DNA of 63,006 nt, filler included, from Basidiobolus ranarum (GCA_040143965.1; 39 parts of 39 records of this genome joined end to end with filler, not necessarily neighbours in it); one strand, 5' to 3'. Shown: positions 11,850 to 25,963, counted from the first letter of the whole stretch. Notes: generated by a model not told the origin, from the sequence alone. Program-made: numbers and translations.

Positions 11850-12996
11850 ATTATAAATGTTTAAAGTGGGTAGTATTGACTGGCTGTATTTGATATTTAG
11901 TGAAATTGGTGCCTCTCAGTAAGGTGGCAATGGGTTCATAAGAAATATGTTACAGAGCCAAAGTCTAGTAGACAATTACATCTTGTATTCATCTAATTGT
12001 ATGCTAAAATTTAATTTTGATCAGATCACTGCAGCTCAAGTACATGAATAATCTCTAAGTATTGTTTGTTAAACTTTATATCTATAATTTGCCTGTGGAA
12101 ATTGGTGCACCCTTTGATGCACACTACAAACATAAAACCTTGTTTCAAAACTTGATTTAATACATATTGTTAAATACTAGCTGACACTTGCCATGTGTAT
12201 TGACATGATGACTTAATATAGCAGTGACTTGGTATGTATAAGATCAAAACTAATTTGGCAGCCAATAAATTAAATGAACACATATTTACGCAACAGTTGC
12301 AGTTTTGGTATGTGTTGTGTTCAACAGAAAAGTGAATAAAAAGTGTTGAACTTCACTAAACCAAAGAAACAGTTAACTGCAGAATGTTAGAACTGTTTAA
12401 GCAGGATATATCAGCAGGGCAAATCTAACTGATATGTCTTGGGAATAGCAGTGGGTTGCTATGTTATGGTAGAGAGTAGGTTTGCTAGGCAGCTAGGCTT
12501 GGTGTTATGTAGGTGCTAGTAAATACTAGGCTTGGATAGAAATGAGAGGGGAATATTGAATTTGTTGAGAAACACTGAGAAGTGTTGAGATCCTATATTT
12601 GTTGAGACACACACTAAACCATAAGGTTTGGTTAACTTTATTTATACTTTTTGATAACAAAGTGAATTAGTCTGTGCCATGATACTAGATGACTACTTCT
12701 GATAAGAGAAAATGTGATTGGATATATCAATAGATAGATAAGTGAGTCATGCATCAGCTGAAGTCTTGGCAGTGAAAGATCATTGGTTATGAATCTTGTA
12801 ACTCATATTGACTTGTGTCTAGGCAGATGACTCAGAGGTTAATACTGATTGGATAATGATCATGTGATAGGTCATATGCTTTGATAGAGAGGATAANNNN
12901 NNNNNNNNNNNNNNNNNNNNNNNNNNNNNNNNNNNNNNNNTTAATTAATTAANNNNNNNNNNNNNNNNNNNNNNNNNNNNNNNNNNNNNNNNNNNN

Positions 12997-13743
12997 TATA
13001 TATTCAAGTGGAATCTTGAAAAGATTTCTGCCTGATCAGTATTGGCAACATTGGGAGTTGTTTGTGGATATTGTTAATATATTCTTATGGCCTCAACTCA
13101 CATTGGCAGATCTCAGGCTGATACAGCAACTGTGCAAGATTTTTAATTGAATGTGAAAAACTGTATTACAGGTTTAAAGAAGGTAGACTGAATCTATGCT
13201 GGGATCCAATATATTCCCTGCTGCATCTTTCACAATTCCTAGAGATTATAGGCCCTTGGTATAAATTCTGGGAATTCCCAATGGAGTGCACCTGCAGTGA
13301 AATGATGCTCCATGTGAAATTGTCAGTATTACCATATGCTAATCTGATTAACAATGTATCAGAAGAATCAGTGATAGATGTGATGTAATGGGTTAAGGAG
13401 ACTCCAGAGTATATTAACCTTCCAACAAAGGGCTCCTTTCCAAGTGCTTATGGGTTTTTGCATTGTTTGAGAAAAATAGCAGCAAGAAAACCCATTCCAT
13501 GGACACAGAGTAAGTACCTCTATAATTTAGACTAATCTGTTGGTGTAATAATTTGACAATATTTCTAGGAAAAGCTACAAGACACACTTCTTGGTGAGAT
13601 AGATCAAGATATGCAGTATTGTTGTTTTAGCCATTGGGTAATCTATTTGAGCAATGACACATCTACTAGTGGCATGACATTTGTTGACTGCAAGTCACAG
13701 ATATTTTGGCTGAATTCTTTATGGAAATATGTCAAAATCCAAG
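12997..13743 (+). mobile_element. CACTA transposase C-terminal region (DUF4218-like), degenerate
   Basis: SLLHLSQ.LEIIGPW..FWEFPME motif; homologous to 58850-59225. Confidence 0.8.
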
Positions 13744-14278
13744 TGTCATGGTTCTGGTCTTGGCATACTGATCCACTGCAAATAGAACTCCTCTATTATT
13801 AGATTATGACATCATGTCTGCTGTGCCATCCCTTCTTGGCAATCTTGTGTTAGTTCATCCAGATTACCTTTTATAGAAGGCATGTTCTTTGGAACATTCC
13901 ATGAAACCTAACTAATCATGTCATCCCACACATAGTGTATTTCTGCCAAGACCTTCCATGAAAGGTCACCTGATCATCCTTACATCATCCTTACATCTTC
14001 CCTCTTTGTATTGGTTCTTGTAGTCCTCAAGACCCAACTCTTGAGCTTGCCACAGTATATTCCCTATTCAGTATATTATGTTTCACCTTGCAATAACTAT
14101 ATAAGCCCCATGTATTCCTTGATCAGACCTCAGTCTAAACAATGCCAGTTATCAATAAAGATTCTTGCCACAGTATCTTCCTTGTCCAGTCTTGTCTTGT
14201 GGTTTACACCCAAGTATTCTCCTGCCTTGTAGCCTCTTGTTGTTGTTCCCAGTCCTTGTCAAGTTCCTTATTGTGACA
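13744..14278 (+). repeat. Gypsy-type LTR family D (5' LTR followed by PBS and leader)
   Basis: TGTCA...TGACA termini; homologous to 35945-36460 and 59226-59769. Confidence 0.85.
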
Positions 14279-14619
14279 GTTTGATCAGAATACTTATACT
14301 TGCCTGTAGACTTCTCTCCATCCCTGTTCTCCAACCTTGAAACCCCCCAAGGTTGCCTGTTTTCTTATTCCCCATCTTTCCCAAGCTTCCCTGCTAAGGC
14401 AAAGGTACCTTCAACCTTTGGATAATTGCTCTAAGTGCATCCTTGTCAAGACACTACTGGTTGAGTTTACAGTTGTTTTTGATCAAAGAAGCTTTAGTAC
14501 TTGATCAAGATCAAAGGACNNNNNNNNNNNNNNNNNNNNNNNNNNNNNNNNNNNNNNNNNNNNTTAATTAATTAANNNNNNNNNNNNNNNNNNNNNNNNN
14601 NNNNNNNNNNNNNNNNNNN

Positions 14620-16141
14620 TGGTTTGGAGAATTAGAGGAATTGGTGGTTTTCACTTATTGATTTATTGAGTAGAAAGTTGACATTTATAGTTTTGTCAAG
14701 ATGTAAACAAACTAACATGTAGAATATGTTGAGGAAGGTCCCAGAAACATGTGTGCAAAGCTTGGAGCTTCTAGCATAAGTTTGAAAAATCTATATATCT
14801 GAGAACTTCTAAGTAGGTAAAAATATTGTAAGTAAATTCAGATTGAGAATAATTGATAATATCTTAGTGAATTATAAGATAACTAAGTACTCAGCTATAT
14901 ATGACTATATAGGTGTTTAGGCAATGCCAATTTCAACATTGGAAGTGGTTTGAAGTATTAGAGAAATTGGTGGTTTTCACTTCTTGATTTATTGAGTAAA
15001 AAGCTGACATTTATGGTTTTGTCAAGATGTAAACAAACCAATGTGTTAGGGAAGGTCCCAGAAACATGTGTGCAAAGTTTGGAGCTTCTTTGAAAAATCT
15101 CTATATCTGAGAACTTCTAAGTAGGTGTCAATATTTCAAGTAAATTCCAATTGAGAATAATGGGTAATATTGTAGTGAATTATAAGATAACTAAATACTA
15201 AACTATATATGACTATATAGATGTCTAGGCAATGCTAATTTCAACACTCCCTCAACTAAATAGTCATATAAACTAATCCTATGGAAGGTCTAAATTTCTC
15301 AAATTTCTGTCTAGCTAATGGTTTGCTATTATATCAGCAATCATGTCCTCTGTAGAACAATAAGTTAAGTCAATAAACTTACTCTCTACAGTCTCTCTAG
15401 GGAAGTGATATCTAATATCTATATGTTTGCTTCTATTATGAAACATAGAATTTTTAGCTAATATGATACAACTTTGATTATCTTGAACTATTGTAGTTTG
15501 TGAATTTTGAGAATAACCTAATTCGGTTAAAAGTTTTGTTTGTTGAAATTAGCTTTTCCTAAGCACCTATATAGTCATTTACATCTTAGTACTTAGTTAT
15601 CTTATAATTCACTAAGATATTCACCAGTTTTCTCAATTGGAATTTACTTAGAATCTTGACATTGACTTAGATGTTCTCAGATATATAAGTTCTTCAAAGA
15701 AGCCCCAGACTTTGCACACATATTTCTGGGACCTTCCTTAACACATTAGTTTGTTTACATCTTGACAAAACCATAAATGACAACTTTCTACTCAATAAAG
15801 CAACAAGTGAAAACTGTTGAAATTAGCATTGCCTAAACACCTATATAGTCATATATAGCTTAGTACTTAGTTATCTTGTAATTCACTAAGATATGATCAA
15901 TTATTCTCAATTAGAATTTACTTACAATATTTTTACCAACTTAGAAGTTCTCAGATATATAGATTTTTCAAACTTGTGCTAGAAGCCCCAAACTTTGCAC
16001 ACATGTTCCTGAGACTTTCCTTAACATATACTACATGTTAGTTTGTTTACATCTTGACAAAACTATAAATGTCAACTTTCTACTCAATAAATCAATAAGT
16101 GAAAACCACCAATTCCTCTAATTCTCCAAACCACTTCCAAC
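14620..16141. mobile_element. Stack of four Copia LTR-B copies around an RNase H/PPT fragment
   Basis: LTRs at 14620-14938(-), 14939-15246(-), 15541-15814(+) and 15815-16141(+); on the - strand KHIDIRYHF lies within 15247-15540 and the PPT AGTTGAGGGAG abuts the LTR. Confidence 0.85.
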
Positions 16142-16241
16142 NNNNNNNNNNNNNNNNNNNNNNNNNNNNNNNNNNNNNNNNNNNNTTAATTAATTAANNN
16201 NNNNNNNNNNNNNNNNNNNNNNNNNNNNNNNNNNNNNNNNN

Positions 16242-17054
16242 GCTTCTGGCACTCCATACTGTTCCTTTCTTTCTGCTGGAGCTCCATGGATATTCACGTC
16301 TCTACGAAAATGTCGATGACTACGGTTGGGGCTATTTAGGCTGCAGTATTTTCATGTATCTTTTGGCTACTGATTTCGGAATCTACTGGCTCCACCGTTG
16401 GCTACATGTTAAATCAGTGTATGCTCTGCTTCATAAGGTACTCGAAATTTTTCAACAACTTTATATTGTTACTTTACTAATCAGACAACCTTATGTCCTC
16501 ATTTCGATATTAAGCCTCACCACAAATGGATCGGTACGTGCTTATTTTTAGAGTGATTTAGTGTGTATTAATTTCTAATGGTTGTATTATGTTTTATAGT
16601 CCCTACACCTTTTGCTTCCATTGCATTCCACCCTGTGGACGGTTGGGTACAGTCGCTACCATACCATATCTGTGTATTTTTATTCCCCATGCACAAGGTC
16701 CTTTACCTTGTACTTTTTACCTTCGTTCAGCTCTGGTCAATCTTGATTCATGATGGTTAGTTTTTAGTTAATACTCATCTCGAATCTAAGTCTAAATTTT
16801 GTCTCTCAGGCGAATACTTTACACATGATCCTGTCATTAACAGTGCCGCACATCATACAGTACATCATCTGTACTTCAATTACAATTACGGTCAGTACTT
16901 TACCCTCTGGGACCGTATCGGTGGCTCCTACCGCCAACCTAATGATGAGATTTACAACACCGAACTTCGTAGCACCAAATCAGTCTACGTCAAACAAGCT
17001 AAAGAGGTGGATGCTATGGTTACCAGTCTCGCAGATACACAAAAGTCTAAATAG
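16242..17054 (+). CDS. ERG3: C-5 sterol desaturase, 5'-truncated; exons 16242-16437, 16515-16533, 16600-16755, 16810-17054
   Basis: Spliced frame gives His boxes HRWLH, HKPHHKW and HTVHH, plus [14 protein letters not shown] and [18 protein letters not shown]; three GT-AG introns. Confidence 0.95.
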
Positions 17055-17862
17055 ATTTCATCTCTCTTTCGATACCAACTAGAACTCGTTAATTCTTATT
17101 GATTGGTTTTATTCTCCGGTTGTTCCTTTTGTATTTATTCCATAAAATTTCAATTTTTGAGCATCTCCGGTCGAATACATGATCATGTTAAAAGCTTTAA
17201 TAAAAATGTACTCGTCCAGTTTTCTTGCGATAGACCCACAGATATCTTTCCAATACTTTTCAAATCGTTAATATCAAACAGTCTCATAAATTGGATAGCT
17301 TAGCTGGAGTATCATTAATAACGTACATGGAGCAAAATGATGGTTCACAATGTCTGCACTAATCTATTATGTGCTAACAAAACGAATATTACGTGGCATA
17401 TTTTCTCATCATTGGTATGACCTAGAGCAATATGAAGTTACTCTACACCCGCATGGGAATAGCGCTTACTAACTGTTTAGCCGCGTTACCTGCCAAGAAT
17501 CTCTACCATATTACGTATGGTCCATCTAGACATCGAATCATGACCGTTAAGGGCGCGATACTATTTTTTGCTCAAATTTTGAATTCTCAGCTCTTAAATT
17601 CTTTGGGCATTTTTGATGATTGCTTTAGCCAGGGAGCCGAGTGTAGAGACTACATTGGCCAAATATGGCGATCGGTAGTCAACATTATAAATGCAGACAG
17701 CAGGTATCTAGCTGGGGGGGGGGGATTAAAGGTTAAAACGTGTGGGCTTGGGAGGCGGGGTTNNNNNNNNNNNNNNNNNNNNNNNNNNNNNNNNNNNNNN
17801 NNNNNNTTAATTAATTAANNNNNNNNNNNNNNNNNNNNNNNNNNNNNNNNNNNNNNNNNNNN

Positions 17863-18945
17863 CTTCTTAACTCCTACATAATCAGAAATAGAATATAAAG
17901 ACATAGTATCTGTTATAAAAATGCTAAAAGTAAACAGGTTTTTATAAAAAAGTTGCTCACATTTGTAGTGCGCGTTGAGAGATGTATAATCTTGTAACCC
18001 CAATAAAGTCAAAAGTGAAATATCATTACAGGGTATGTGTTATATGCATGCCAAAAGTTAGTATGTTTTTAAAAAGAGACTCACGTTTGTAGTGCGCGTC
18101 AAGGGATGAGAAGTCTTCGTAACTCCTTTAAATTCAAAAGTAAAAAATATCATAACATGGTCTAAGTTATACGCACACAAAAAGTAAATATGTTTTTAAA
18201 AAGAGGCTCACATTTGTAGTGCACGTCAAGGGATGAGCAGTCTTTGTAACTCCTTTAAAATCATAGGGGAAAAATAATGACATGGTATCAGTTATATGCA
18301 TGCCAAAAGTAAATATGTTTTTAAAAAGAGGCTCACATTTGTAGTGCATGTCGAGGGATGAGCAGTCTTTGTAACTCCTATAAAGTCAAAGGTAAAAAAT
18401 AATGATGTGGTATCAGTTATATGCACACCAAAAGTAAATATGTTTTTAAAAAGAGACTCACGTTTGTAGTGCGCGTTGAGGGATGAGCGGTCTTTGTAAC
18501 TCCTATAAAATCATAGGGGAAAAATAATGACGTGGTCTAAGTTATACGCACACAAAAAGTAAATATGTTTTAAAAAGAGGCTCACGTTTGTAGTGCGCGT
18601 CAAGGGATGAGCGGTCTTTGTAACTCCTATAAAGTCAAAGGTAAAAAATAATGACGTGGTATCAGTTATATGCATGCCAAAAGTAAATATGTTTTTAAAA
18701 AGAGACTCACCTTTGTAGTGTGCATCAAGGGATGAGTAGTCTTCATGACTCCTGTAAAGTCAGAGATACAACATAATGACATGGTAACAATTATAGGCAC
18801 TACGGAAGTAAACAAGCTTTTAGAAGGAGGCTCACATTTGTAGTGTGCGTTGACAGTCTACCATGAATGTAGCCCCTATAAAATCAGGGGCAATGCATAA
18901 AGGCATGTTTCCAGTACTAAGCAGCTCAAAAGTTAGTATGTTTTT
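17863..18945. repeat. Tandem satellite, ~125-bp unit, ~8 copies
   Basis: TTTGTAGTG recurs at 17962, 18086, 18213, 18338, 18463, 18587, 18712 and 18837. Confidence 0.95.
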
Positions 18946-19483
18946 GAAGTTATAGAGGGTTCGGCAGTGTGGGTTGCTTTTATTTACATTATATGGAATA
19001 CCTTAGTTCCAAATACATTGCATTTTATACAACTTTTTAAATTTGTAGCACCCTTGTGCTGTGCAGGTTACATAGCCCAAAAGTTTATTTTAAGGACTAT
19101 TTTATTGTTTAATATATAAATAAACATGTTTGGAGCTTAGTGCTAGTGGTATGTCAATATTAGTAAAACATGAGTAGAAAGCTTTTATCAACACTTTCAA
19201 TATTTCTAGATTTGTAATATAATTATGATATATCTAATATTCACTTTCTTCTTGATTTAATCTTGTAAACATCACAAAGTTCTTACAAATATTACTAATT
19301 CATAATGTTAATCAAGTTTCCTCATTACTCTTAATAGTATATAAAGGATATTCTCAATAAGTAATTTATGAATTGTGAAGCTANNNNNNNNNNNNNNNNN
19401 NNNNNNNNNNNNNNNNNNNNNNNNNNNTTAATTAATTAANNNNNNNNNNNNNNNNNNNNNNNNNNNNNNNNNNNNNNNNNNNN

Positions 19484-20206
19484 GACTAATTTGCTTGTGT
19501 AATAATCTGTTGGTATTTTTAGGTAAGCTGCAAGACAGACGTCTTGGTGAGATAAATGGAAATATGCATTATTATTGTTTTAGCCATGGGGTAATCTATT
19601 CAAGCAAAGACACACCTACTTGCGGCAGGACATTTGTTGACTGCAAGTTGGGGATATATTGGCTGAATTCTTGACAGCAATTTGCCAAAATCCAAGAGCT
19701 TATTCTCATTGTGAATGGCAACAAGAGTCAGCTATTTACCAAGTGTCAGTGCTATTCAAAATTTTAGATATTTAGCAATTTTTCCAGCATTAGTTTGCTG
19801 GTAAAGCATATTGATGTTGTTGAGCTATGTCTAATCAGTCAAGTATATGCATATGTAGAGACTAAACACAAGATTCTTGTATTTTTTGATTCTCATTAAG
19901 GCTGGAATACAATGCCTAAAATATCTAAATAAAGTCATGCATATTAATTCAAAATCCTACAGCAGTAAACCCAGTAATTTGCCATTCAAAAATTGTACTT
20001 TTGCAAAAATTGCCAGATATTGAATAATGCATGCCAAATTTGAGGATCAATATTTGAACATGTATGAATACCATCAAGAAACTGCTGTTACACCATCAAA
20101 ATCCCAGGCAAAATGCAAGCCACTGATATTGTGATGGTTCTCTGATGGCTATGCTATTTGGGAGGGTGGATCCAATCTGGATCAAATCAATTTTATTTTT
20201 GTTAGG
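19484..20206 (+). mobile_element. 3' part and right terminus of the CACTA-like element
   Basis: Overlaps the post-transposase sequence at 13520-13740 and runs to ...ATTTTTGTTAGG. Confidence 0.7.
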
Positions 20207-20455
20207 AAATTTCATGGATAATCAAAGTTGTATTTCTTTAGTTAAAAATCTCAAATTTCATACTAGAAGTAAGCACATTGACATTCAACATTACTTTGTT
20301 AGAGAAGCTACTGGGAATAAGCATGTCTAATTAGAGTACTGTTCAACTGGGGACATGATTGCTGACATCCTTAAAAAACTCTTACCCAAGCCAAAATTTG
20401 AAGAATTTTGATTTAAGTTAGGATTAAAATATATGAATATTTAGTTGAGTGGGAG
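20207..20455 (+). mobile_element. Copia RNase H end plus polypurine tract
   Basis: DNQSCI..., KFHTRSKHIDIQHYFVRE, MIADIL; AGTTGAGTGGGAG precedes the LTR TG. Confidence 0.88.
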
Positions 20456-21159
20456 TGTTCAAGTTTATTGTCTTTATCATATTTGTTATCTCTATCTTTA
20501 TACATCTAACTATTTTGTATATCACACTTAAGTTAGTTGAGATTACTCAATCAAATGTCACTTAATTGCAAATCTGAACATATATTATATATATATGTTA
20601 ATAATGTGAGAATTAGCAATTCTATATTGGAAATTTCAAACTTGTTCAAATTGCCCCAAAGATAGCTCATTTTACTCCCACACATGTTCTGAACATAACT
20701 GTTGGAGGATCTTGACATAATGGGGGTAGACTTTGAGTATTGGAAGCAACTTATGATAGTGTGTTTTTAGTTGGTTTATTCTTAAGAGTATATGGTGACT
20801 TATATAGTAGAAGAGTAAATCAATTGTTTGAGATATTCAGGAGTTTGTGTAATAAGATATAATAGATAAGTGGGGGTAATAAGACATACTTGGTATATAG
20901 ATATAGAGATATTCCTATTTAGAATATAGGGGCTATAGATATGTTGCTTTCTGTTTCTGATATATGTATCATAACTAAAGTTAACTATGATGTTGAATAA
21001 AGATNNNNNNNNNNNNNNNNNNNNNNNNNNNNNNNNNNNNNNNNNNNNTTAATTAATTAANNNNNNNNNNNNNNNNNNNNNNNNNNNNNNNNNNNNNNNN
21101 NNNNATTAGCCCACCAGACTTTCCAACAGTATTCATGTCTAGTGAGAAACAATCCAGAG

Positions 21160-21960
21160 CCAATGCAAATACTTGATCATATGTCCAGATCCCCTGAACA
21201 CTTTTATCAAGTCTAACATCAAGCTTGGTATTAGCCACAAGCCTAAGATTATATTGCTAAATGGGATCAGCTGGAGCCAGAGCTTCCCATTAGGCACTAT
21301 GCACCTACTATTCAACACCATTTGGATACTACTTACTCAGCTATATAGTGGAAAATTTAATATGAATGAGCTGTTTGACATAGGATCAAAGTTTGAATCA
21401 ATTGGGAAAATGCTTGAAAATGTCAAGATACCATCATATTTTACCAGGACTCCCATCACTATCCACTCATCTAGGTGTTTATTCAAATGCAAAGACTGGA
21501 AGTTTTGAATATGTATAAACTCAAGTGGAACTTTGTAAAGATTTCTGCCGGATAAGTATTGGCAACATTGAGAGTTGTTTGCGGATATTGTTCTTCTATT
21601 CCTATGGCATCAACTCAAATTGGCATATTTCAGATAGATACATTGGCCGTGCAAAGATCTATTAATTATAAAAGAGGAACTGTATTACAAATTTAATAAC
21701 AATGGACCTAATCTATGCAGGTATTCTACATATTCTCTGCCACAACATTCACAATGCCCAGAGATCATAACCCCTTGGTGTATATTCTGGGAGTTCCTAA
21801 TGGAGTACATCTCTGGTGCAATAATGCTCTGTGTAAGCTCATCAGTATTTTTTTATGAAAAACTGATTAACAACACAAGAGCAAAGTCAGTGAACAATAT
21901 AATACTATGGGGTAAGAGGACTCCAGGCTAGATTAGCCCTCCAACCCAATACTATATTAA
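21160..21960 (+). mobile_element. CACTA transposase fragment, degenerate
   Basis: SFPLGTMHLLFN and FKCKDW; homologous to 58550-59225. Confidence 0.8.
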
Positions 21961-22905
21961 ATGTGTTCATGGCTCAGATCAAATATAACTCAACAACATC
22001 TATTTTTTAACAGTAAACTAATGATGCAAAATTGCTAGATATCTGAAACTTGGAGTAGTACTGACACTTGGTAAATAGTAGACTCTTGTTACCATTGACA
22101 TGGAGAATAAACTCTTGGATTTTGGCAAATTTCTATATGGAATTCAGCCAAAGTATTGCTAAGTTGCAGTTAGCAAATGTTGTGGCACAAGTAAATATGT
22201 CATTGCCTGAATATCACATGGCTAAAACAATAAAGCTGAGTATTTTGATCTATCTAATCAGATTGGATTAAACTCTCCACACCCCATAATCAAAGCCGCT
22301 TTCTTCACTGTAGTATTAAGAGTGGACTAATGCTTGTTAATAACAAAGAGTTGATAACTAAACTGTTGTCTTCTGCATCTCCTGATGTACGGCCATTTGT
22401 ATTGGAATAACCAAGGTCAAAATCAAGCAGCATGTCCTCAGGTTTGCTGGACTTTGTAGTTTGACCAAACTTACACTTCTACCTACATCATTCCAGTCAT
22501 TGCTACCGCTTAACTATCTTCTTTAAACCTGTAATAAAGTTTTTCATATCCAATTATAAAATCTTCGCACAGTCGCTGTATCTGCCTGAGATCTGCCAAT
22601 GTGAGTTGATGCCGTAAGAATATANNNNNNNNNNNNNNNNNNNNNNNNNNNNNNNNNNNNNNNNNNNNTTAATTAATTAANNNNNNNNNNNNNNNNNNNN
22701 NNNNNNNNNNNNNNNNNNNNNNNNTGAAATTTCCACTGTGGACTTGCGAATTCTCACATTATTCACATATATAAAAAATATGTTCAGATTTTCAGCTAAG
22801 TGATGTTTGACTAAGTAATTTTAACTGACTTATAGGTGATATATGAAGTAGTTAGGTGTATAAAGATAGAGATAATGCATTTGATAAAGACAATAAAGTT
22901 CAGCA

Positions 22906-23770
22906 CTCCCACTCAACTAAATATTTATATATCTTAATCCTAATTTAAATCTTAATTCTTCAAATTTTGGCTTGGGTAATGGTTTGGTAAGGATGTCAGC
23001 AATTGTTTCCTCAGTTGGACAGTACTCCTGTTGGACATGCTTATTCTCAATAGCTTCCCTAACAAAGTGATGTTGAATGTCAATGTACTTACTTCTAGCA
23101 TTAAATTGGAGATTTTTAGCTAAATAAATATGACTTTGATTATCCTTGAAAATTTTAGAGGGTATGCTTTGCACAATGCCCAAGTCTTTGAACACTTTTC
23201 TTAACCACATAGCCTCCTTTGTTGTATGTGATGCTGCCAAGTATTCTGTTTCAGTTATTGAAAGTGCTGTGGTGGCTTGTTTCTTACTATTCCAAGATAT
23301 GGCTGCTTCACTCTAGAGAAAGATATATCCAGTGATAGATCTTCTGTCCTCAATATCACAATGCCAATCTACATCACTAAACCCAATTAGATCCTTATTC
23401 TCATAAGAATATGTGTATCCTGATCCCAGATCAATTGTACCCTTCAAATATCCAAAAATCCACTTAACTGCTGCATAATGCTCAGATCTTGGGCTTTGCA
23501 TATGTTGGCTGAGTGCTCCCACTGCAAAAGAGATATCTGGCTGGGTTTCAGTTGTAGCTTAGACCAAATTTCCTACCCTAGATTGATAAGGGAACTCATG
23601 GCTTTCAAATACATATTTTGAGCTATATTGGGCCAATTTTCATCATTTTTGATTAGATCTTTTACTAGTTTTACATCTGGTTCCGTGGAAGTTGCTACTG
23701 GCTTGCAATTCTCAATCCTCTAACATTTGAGAATATCTGAGATGTATTTAGGTTGATTCAGAGTAATAGA
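22906..23770 (-). mobile_element. Copia RT C-terminus, RNase H and PPT
   Basis: AVK.IF.YLKGT, LIGFSD.DW, EAMWL, SKYIDIQHHFVRE, ADILTKPLPKPKF. Confidence 0.92.
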
Positions 23771-24949
23771 TTTGTGTTGAAGTTTATGGTCTTTATCATA
23801 TTTGTTATCTCTACCTTTCAACACCTAATTATTTCATAGATCACGTATAAGTAGGTAGACTTGTTCTATTTTATTGAGCCAGATCAGGCCAGCTAAAAAG
23901 TGTGCCAACACAAATTGGCATGATTGGCCACTATCCGGCACAATGTTATTTACCGTTTTGGAAACTGCTTATTTTACTTATGTGGTATATTTAAGAAAAG
24001 TATTTTTAGACATTATTGCACATTCAAAAGATGATGAAAGCTTTATTCACTGTGTCTTAAGTCTAGAGCTCTCAATAGAAATCTTTGAGTATTAATGTAT
24101 TGAGAATTAATCAAGATTTTGACTACTTTGCCTAACTTTGATTGAGGCCTGCAAAATGATTTTCCTCTATACTTTCCTGCTACAATGTTATATCTCTTTA
24201 GGAAACCAAAGCTATGTTCTACTCTTGCTCTAAAATGGGAAAAANNNNNNNNNNNNNNNNNNNNNNNNNNNNNNNNNNNNNNNNNNNNTTAATTAATTAA
24301 NNNNNNNNNNNNNNNNNNNNNNNNNNNNNNNNNNNNNNNNNNNNTCTTATTACACAAACTCCTGAATATCTCAAACAATTGATTTACTTTTCTACTATAT
24401 AAGTCACCATATACTCTTAAGAATAAACTAACTAAAAACACACTATCATAAGTTGTTTCTAATACTCAAAGTCTACCCCCATTATGTCAAGATCATCCAA
24501 CATATATGATATTCTGGAATCAAGCAGCTATACAAGTAGTGAGACATTAGGCAGCACTGGAAATGCACCAATCTATACCGGAAAACCTGATATTACTCTG
24601 AGGTAACTGATAATTTGGAATCAGCTTCTGGAATCAAGATATTATCTCTGCTAATGAAAAATATGGTAACTAGAAAAAGGATATTTTTCCCACCAATCAG
24701 AATTCAGGAAACTGGGCTTAGAAACAAGGCAATAATTCTCTGATCAATCGCATACCTGAGAATTCTCCTACTCTCAATATGGCTGATGTTAGATGCAACC
24801 AATTATTGGAAGTATGCAATGAATCACAACAAGTATTCAATCAATCACAAAATTCAGGCAATCAGGTCCCAGAATTCCTACCAAGTGGAAATCAGAAACA
24901 TCCTTTAAGTGATGCATATACTTCAAGACTATCAAAGCCACCAAAGTGA

Positions 24950-25270
24950 TAATTGCTCTCTATGTTGATGATATTGTAAAAGTTAGTAATTGCTCAAGTC
25001 TGAAGAAACAAACCAAGACCTGGCTTTCTACCAAGTTTGAAATATAAGATCTTGGATCACTAGCATATTGTCTTGGAATGCAGATACATCAAAATTCCAC
25101 TATTGGCACACTCTGCATTACAGTAGAAAATATATTTGAGATGTTTTAAATAGATTCAATATGTCAGAATGTAAAGCAGCTTCAAATCCACTATGTATGC
25201 TGAAACTCACTAAGGATATGGAACCAAAGACCTGTGTAGATATTGAAATCATGAAACATATTCCTTATCA
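24950..25270 (+). mobile_element. Copia RT fragment
   Basis: IALYVDDIV...DLGSLAYCLGMQI. Confidence 0.75.
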
Positions 25271-25440
25271 TATCTCTATATCTATATTGCAAGTATGTCT
25301 TATTACCGCCAATTATCTATCATTTGTAATTACACAAACTTCTGAATATCTCAAACAATTGATTTACTTTTCTATTGTATAAGTCATCATGTACTCTTAG
25401 AAAATAAGGTAACTAAAACACACTATCATAAGTTACTTGT

Positions 25441-25758
25441 TGTTAGAGGATCTTGGCATAATGGGGGTAGACTTTGAGTATTAGAAGCAACTTATGATAG
25501 TGTGTTTTAGTTACCTTATTTTCTAAGAGTGTATGGTGACTTATATAATAGAAAAGTAAGTCAATTGTTTGAGATATTCAGGAGTTTGCATAATAACATA
25601 TAATAGATAATTGGGGGTAATAAGACATACTTGTTATATAGATACAGAGATATTCCTATTTAGAATATGGGGGCTATAGATATGTTGCTTTCTGTTTCTG
25701 ATATATGTTTCATAGCTAAAGTTAACTATGATCATTAATAAAGATTAATTATCCAACA
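25441..25758 (-). repeat. Copia LTR family C (318 bp)
   Basis: TG...CA termini with adjacent PPT; full copy at 52994-53311, partial copies at 20700-21004, 24345-24502 and 25270-25440. Confidence 0.85.
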
Positions 25759-25963
25759 CCTTCCCTTTATTCTTATTCAGCATTGTGCTTATATTCACTA
25801 ATGCCTATTCCTGCTCTTAACTTCCCAAAGCTTGAAGTTTTGAGTTGTTTTGTTAGTATATCTNNNNNNNNNNNNNNNNNNNNNNNNNNNNNNNNNNNNN
25901 NNNNNNNTTAATTAATTAANNNNNNNNNNNNNNNNNNNNNNNNNNNNNNNNNNNNNNNNNNNN

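Noticed and set aside
17432-17762. 128-aa ORF downstream of ERG3
   Set aside because: No recognisable motif; it runs through a poly-G tract into the spacer
17863-18945. Satellite as a CRISPR array or repeat-protein gene
   Set aside because: The whole unit repeats with no unique spacers, most unit lengths are not multiples of three, and there are no cas genes
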